Below are positions 63,696-64,000 of a stretch of 64,000 bases of DNA, piece after piece. The number at the start of each line of letters is the position of its first letter. Position 1 is the stretch's first letter. The stretch comes from Bacilli bacterium (GTDB lineage Bacteria; Bacillota_I; Bacilli_A; RFN20; UBA1709). Location of the stretch: assembly GCA_050949315.1 (NCBI GenBank), contig JBMNFL010000001.1:256001-320000 (forward strand). Direction: 5' to 3'. A model generated the notes under the pieces. It saw only the letters and a list, made by a program, of their open reading frames with translations. It had not been told where the DNA came from and ran no database searches. A program made the translations under genes and the position numbers.

Positions 63696-64000
63696 ATGTT
63701 TGAAAGTTTACTTAAAATTTTAAAAGAAAATCGAAGAACTTTGGTTCTTCCCGAAGGCGAAGATCCCCGAATTTTGGAGGCGGCGGCGCGCTTAAAAGCC
63801 GATGATGTTTTGGATCCTATTCTATTAGGCGATGTTAAAAAGGTTGAAGAGTTAGCTAAAAAACATGGCTTCAATATTAAAGGCATCAAAATCATCGATC
63901 CTCATAACTATGAGCACTTTGATAAAATGGTCGAACAGCTCTTTGCCCTAAGGAAAGGTAAGATGTGTAAAGAAGACTGTATAAGCAATCTTTATAAAAC
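63696..64000 (+). CDS. pta: Phosphate acetyltransferase, 5' part (truncated by window end)
   Basis: SD AGGAGG; MFESLLKILKENRRTLVLPEGEDPRILEAA...PILLG...LRKGK. Confidence 0.9.
   Translation, partial: MFESLLKILKENRRTLVLPEGEDPRILEAAARLKADDVLDPILLGDVKKVEELAKKHGFNIKGIKIIDPHNYEHFDKMVEQLFALRKGKMCKEDCISNLYK

Overview
Mostly housekeeping DNA from a low-GC Firmicute, with genes predominantly on the + strand. Prp plus an N-terminally extended L27, T-boxes, RicT, ECF S-components and a Mollicutes-type PncB point to a Bacilli or Mollicutes-related lineage; TGA is read as stop. Gene order: radC end, an IS481/IS1202-like element, rplU-prp-rpmA-obgE, ABC exporter pair, nadE, ruvAB, secDF, rel, hisS-aspS-rimO, tRNA-Thr, fic, typA, cmk-der, ferredoxin, ribU, tmk-holB-ricT-rsmI, EF-G2, tsaE-tsaB-rimI-tsaD-queT, asnS, pcrA-ligA-smr-tilS-hpt-ftsH, sdpRI-dusB, metK, hpf, leuS, coaX-panT-pepV-trmB-pncB, pta start. 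RNA elements are an L21 leader, FMN and SAM-I riboswitches and two T-boxes. I found no CRISPR array, prophage or defence island. Most notable: a SecDF whose ion-coupling Asp residues are all Asn; a candidate kissing-loop RNA upstream of panT; obgE and fic apparently starting at ACG and ATA; a His/Cys repeat tail on HisRS; a 25-bp target duplication around a short IS; and a recurring TAGTAGT motif. All calls are by eye, with no database searches run.
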